The translations under genes were made by a program, and so were the position numbers. Of a stretch of 64,000 nt of DNA, positions 62,473-64,000 are shown one piece after another (the first letter of the stretch is position 1; every line of letters starts with the position of its first letter). Where the stretch lies: NCBI GenBank assembly GCA_020846295.1, contig JADLEF010000088.1, positions 6,525 to 70,524 of the forward strand, written 5' to 3'. The notes beneath the pieces were generated by a model. That model ran no database searches, was not told the origin of the DNA, and worked only from the letters and a program-made list of their open reading frames with translations. This DNA is from Acidimicrobiales bacterium. GTDB taxonomy: Bacteria; Actinomycetota; Acidimicrobiia; Acidimicrobiales; CAIXPF01.

Positions 62473-64000
62473 ATGTCCTTCGCATCGTTGCTCACCACCC
62501 GCCCAGAACCGGGAGCGGCGCCGTCTGGCCCGACGGCCGGATCGCCTTCCCCGAACGCAGCACCGCCCGACGCTGGTGCCCAGCGGCGTCCGCTGATGCG
62601 CTGGCCCGCTGACGGCGGCGCCTCAGCGGCCGAGCTCGCGGCGCTCGGCGCCTCCTGCGCGCTCGCCTTCGTGCCGCTGTCACCGCTGTTCGCTGATTGG
62701 GGCGAGCTCGCCTTCTGTGCCGGTGCCGTTGTGGTTGCGTTCGCGGCCCATGGCGCGGCGCGCCGGCTGTGGCGCCGGGATGCGGCCGCCGCTGCCGTGG
62801 CTGTTGCCGCGGTGGCGGTGTGGACCACCATCACCGCCTGTCGCAATGAGGCGACCGCCCGGCTGCCGGGCCCGGCCGCGTGGGCGGAGCTGTGGCGGGG
62901 ACTCACCGGCGGCTGGTCCCTGATGCTGACCGCGGGGGTGCCGTTCAACGACACCGGCGCGGTGGCCGTACCACCTGTTCTTGGCGCAGGCCTGGTAGCG
63001 GTAGCTGCTCTCCAACTGCGACGAACTCAGCGGGCGCTGTGGCCGGTGCTGCCGCCGCTGGTGGCCCTGGTGGTGACCTGTGGCTACGCGGGCCACCTCG
63101 GGTTGCCCAGCCACCCTCTGGTCATGGCGGCCTTGGTTGCCAGCGTCCTGACGGTGCTGGCGATGCGCGGTAGCCGCCAGGAGGAAGCGGCGTCGGCCAC
63201 CGCTGCCCAGCCGGCAGGCGATCAGCGACACCCCGTCAGGCCTCGGATCGGTTCCACGCCCGTGCTGATCGCTGCGATGACCGCGACCGGGGTGGCGGCC
63301 GCTCTGGCCGTGCCGCTTGCCGCCGACGACGATCGCCTGTCGCTGCGCGAGCTCTATGCCGCACCGGTGCAAATCAACGACGCGGTCAGTCCGCTGACGC
63401 AGGTCTCCGCCGAGCTCGGTGCGTTGAGCGGGGGTGATCGCACTGCGTTCCGCGTCACCTTCGAGAGCATGCCTGCCGGAGTGATCGTCGACCGGGTGTC
63501 GATCGCCGTTCTCGACCGCTACGACGGCAGCGTGTGGACGAACCCGGCCCGATTCGATCGCGCCGGCTCCGCGCTACCGCTCGGATGGGTCGACGAGCCG
63601 ACGGGGCCCACCGTACGGCAACGCTTTGAGCTTTCTGAGAGCTGGTCCTCGTCGTTCGTGCCCGTGGCCGGCCACCCCCGCCGCCTCGACGGCACCGACA
63701 CGGCTCGCTTCGGCTTCGACGGCGACACCGCCACGCTCGTGTCGGATCGCGCCCCCGGCGCCAGCTATGAGGTGTCCTCGGTGCTGCCGGTGGTCGAACG
63801 AGATGCGCTGCTCGACGAGCCGGTCTCATCCGACCAGCGGGCGACCGCGTCGGCCGCGCTGCCGTCGGCGTTGCCGCCCGAACTGACCGCGTTCCTGGCC
63901 GAGGTCGGCGGACCGGGTGATCCGGCCGGCAGCCGGCTGGCCGCCCTGGAGGAGGCGTTCCGATCAGCGCGGTTCGGAGTCTCCCCCCAGGCCGCACCCG
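62473..64000 (+). CDS. Polytopic membrane protein, N-terminal ~509 aa (3' end outside window); by position the transglutaminase-like/DUF3488-type third gene of MoxR-DUF58 operons
   Basis: The ATG at 62473 lies 3 nt after the DUF58 stop. My hand translation found no stop through nt 64000; this ORF is absent from the supplied track. Several hydrophobic helices are followed by a soluble region. The family call is from operon context only, because no catalytic core is visible yet. Confidence 0.55.
   Translation, partial: MSFASLLTTRPEPGAAPSGPTAGSPSPNAAPPDAGAQRRPLMRWPADGGASAAELAALGASCALAFVPLSPLFADWGELAFCAGAVVVAFAAHGAARRLWRRDAAAAAVAVAAVAVWTTITACRNEATARLPGPAAWAELWRGLTGGWSLMLTAGVPFNDTGAVAVPPVLGAGLVAVAALQLRRTQRALWPVLPPLVALVVTCGYAGHLGLPSHPLVMAALVASVLTVLAMRGSRQEEAASATAAQPAGDQRHPVRPRIGSTPVLIAAMTATGVAAALAVPLAADDDRLSLRELYAAPVQINDAVSPLTQVSAELGALSGGDRTAFRVTFESMPAGVIVDRVSIAVLDRYDGSVWTNPARFDRAGSALPLGWVDEPTGPTVRQRFELSESWSSSFVPVAGHPRRLDGTDTARFGFDGDTATLVSDRAPGASYEVSSVLPVVERDALLDEPVSSDQRATASAALPSALPPELTAFLAEVGGPGDPAGSRLAALEEAFRSARFGVSPQAAP

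Overview
This is a high-GC, actinobacterial-type chromosomal segment with about 60 protein-coding genes. I saw no rRNA, tRNA, CRISPR array, transposase or integrase. Most long antisense or out-of-frame ORFs in the supplied track are high-GC shadow ORFs. The track's first 'M' is often a GTG or TTG codon, so several starts were re-placed on internal ATG/GTG codons using RBS position, gene coupling and homology.

Gene content is dominated by a paralog-rich catabolic set:
- four family III CoA-transferases, two of them tandem-domain fusions
- five LLM/F420-type oxidoreductases
- two amidohydrolase_2 enzymes, two acyl-CoA dehydrogenases and two double-hot-dog thioesterases
- single genes for enoyl-CoA hydratase, Rieske oxygenase, TauD, HpaB-like monooxygenase, amidase, D-aminoacylase and CocE-type hydrolase
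- four AhpD/CMD-family proteins

Embedded modules are a cvnABCD conservon, a surface-glycan trio (beta-helix lipoprotein, phosphodiester glycosidase, GT2-GtrA fusion), an ArsR-SRPBCC pair, a Cys-rich protein plus split YeeE/YedE transporter, folE overlapping a Nudix gene, and a tail-anchored Hsp70-like ATPase followed by MoxR, DUF58 and a membrane protein.

The items most worth a second look:
1. A lower-GC, translationally coupled ABC-type ATPase / PIN-like / RNA-ligase operon at about 15.36-17.8 kb that I do not recognise as a named system. Its ligase ORF has no stop codon at the end of the homology.
2. An AhpD-like gene with an in-frame TGA exactly at the second Cys of the CxxC redox motif, which is either a selenocysteine candidate or a pseudogene.
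3. A frameshift in the CoA-transferase at the window's 5' edge.
4. Two covalently fused tandem CoA-transferases.

All family calls rest on motif and sequence recognition by eye. No database search was run.
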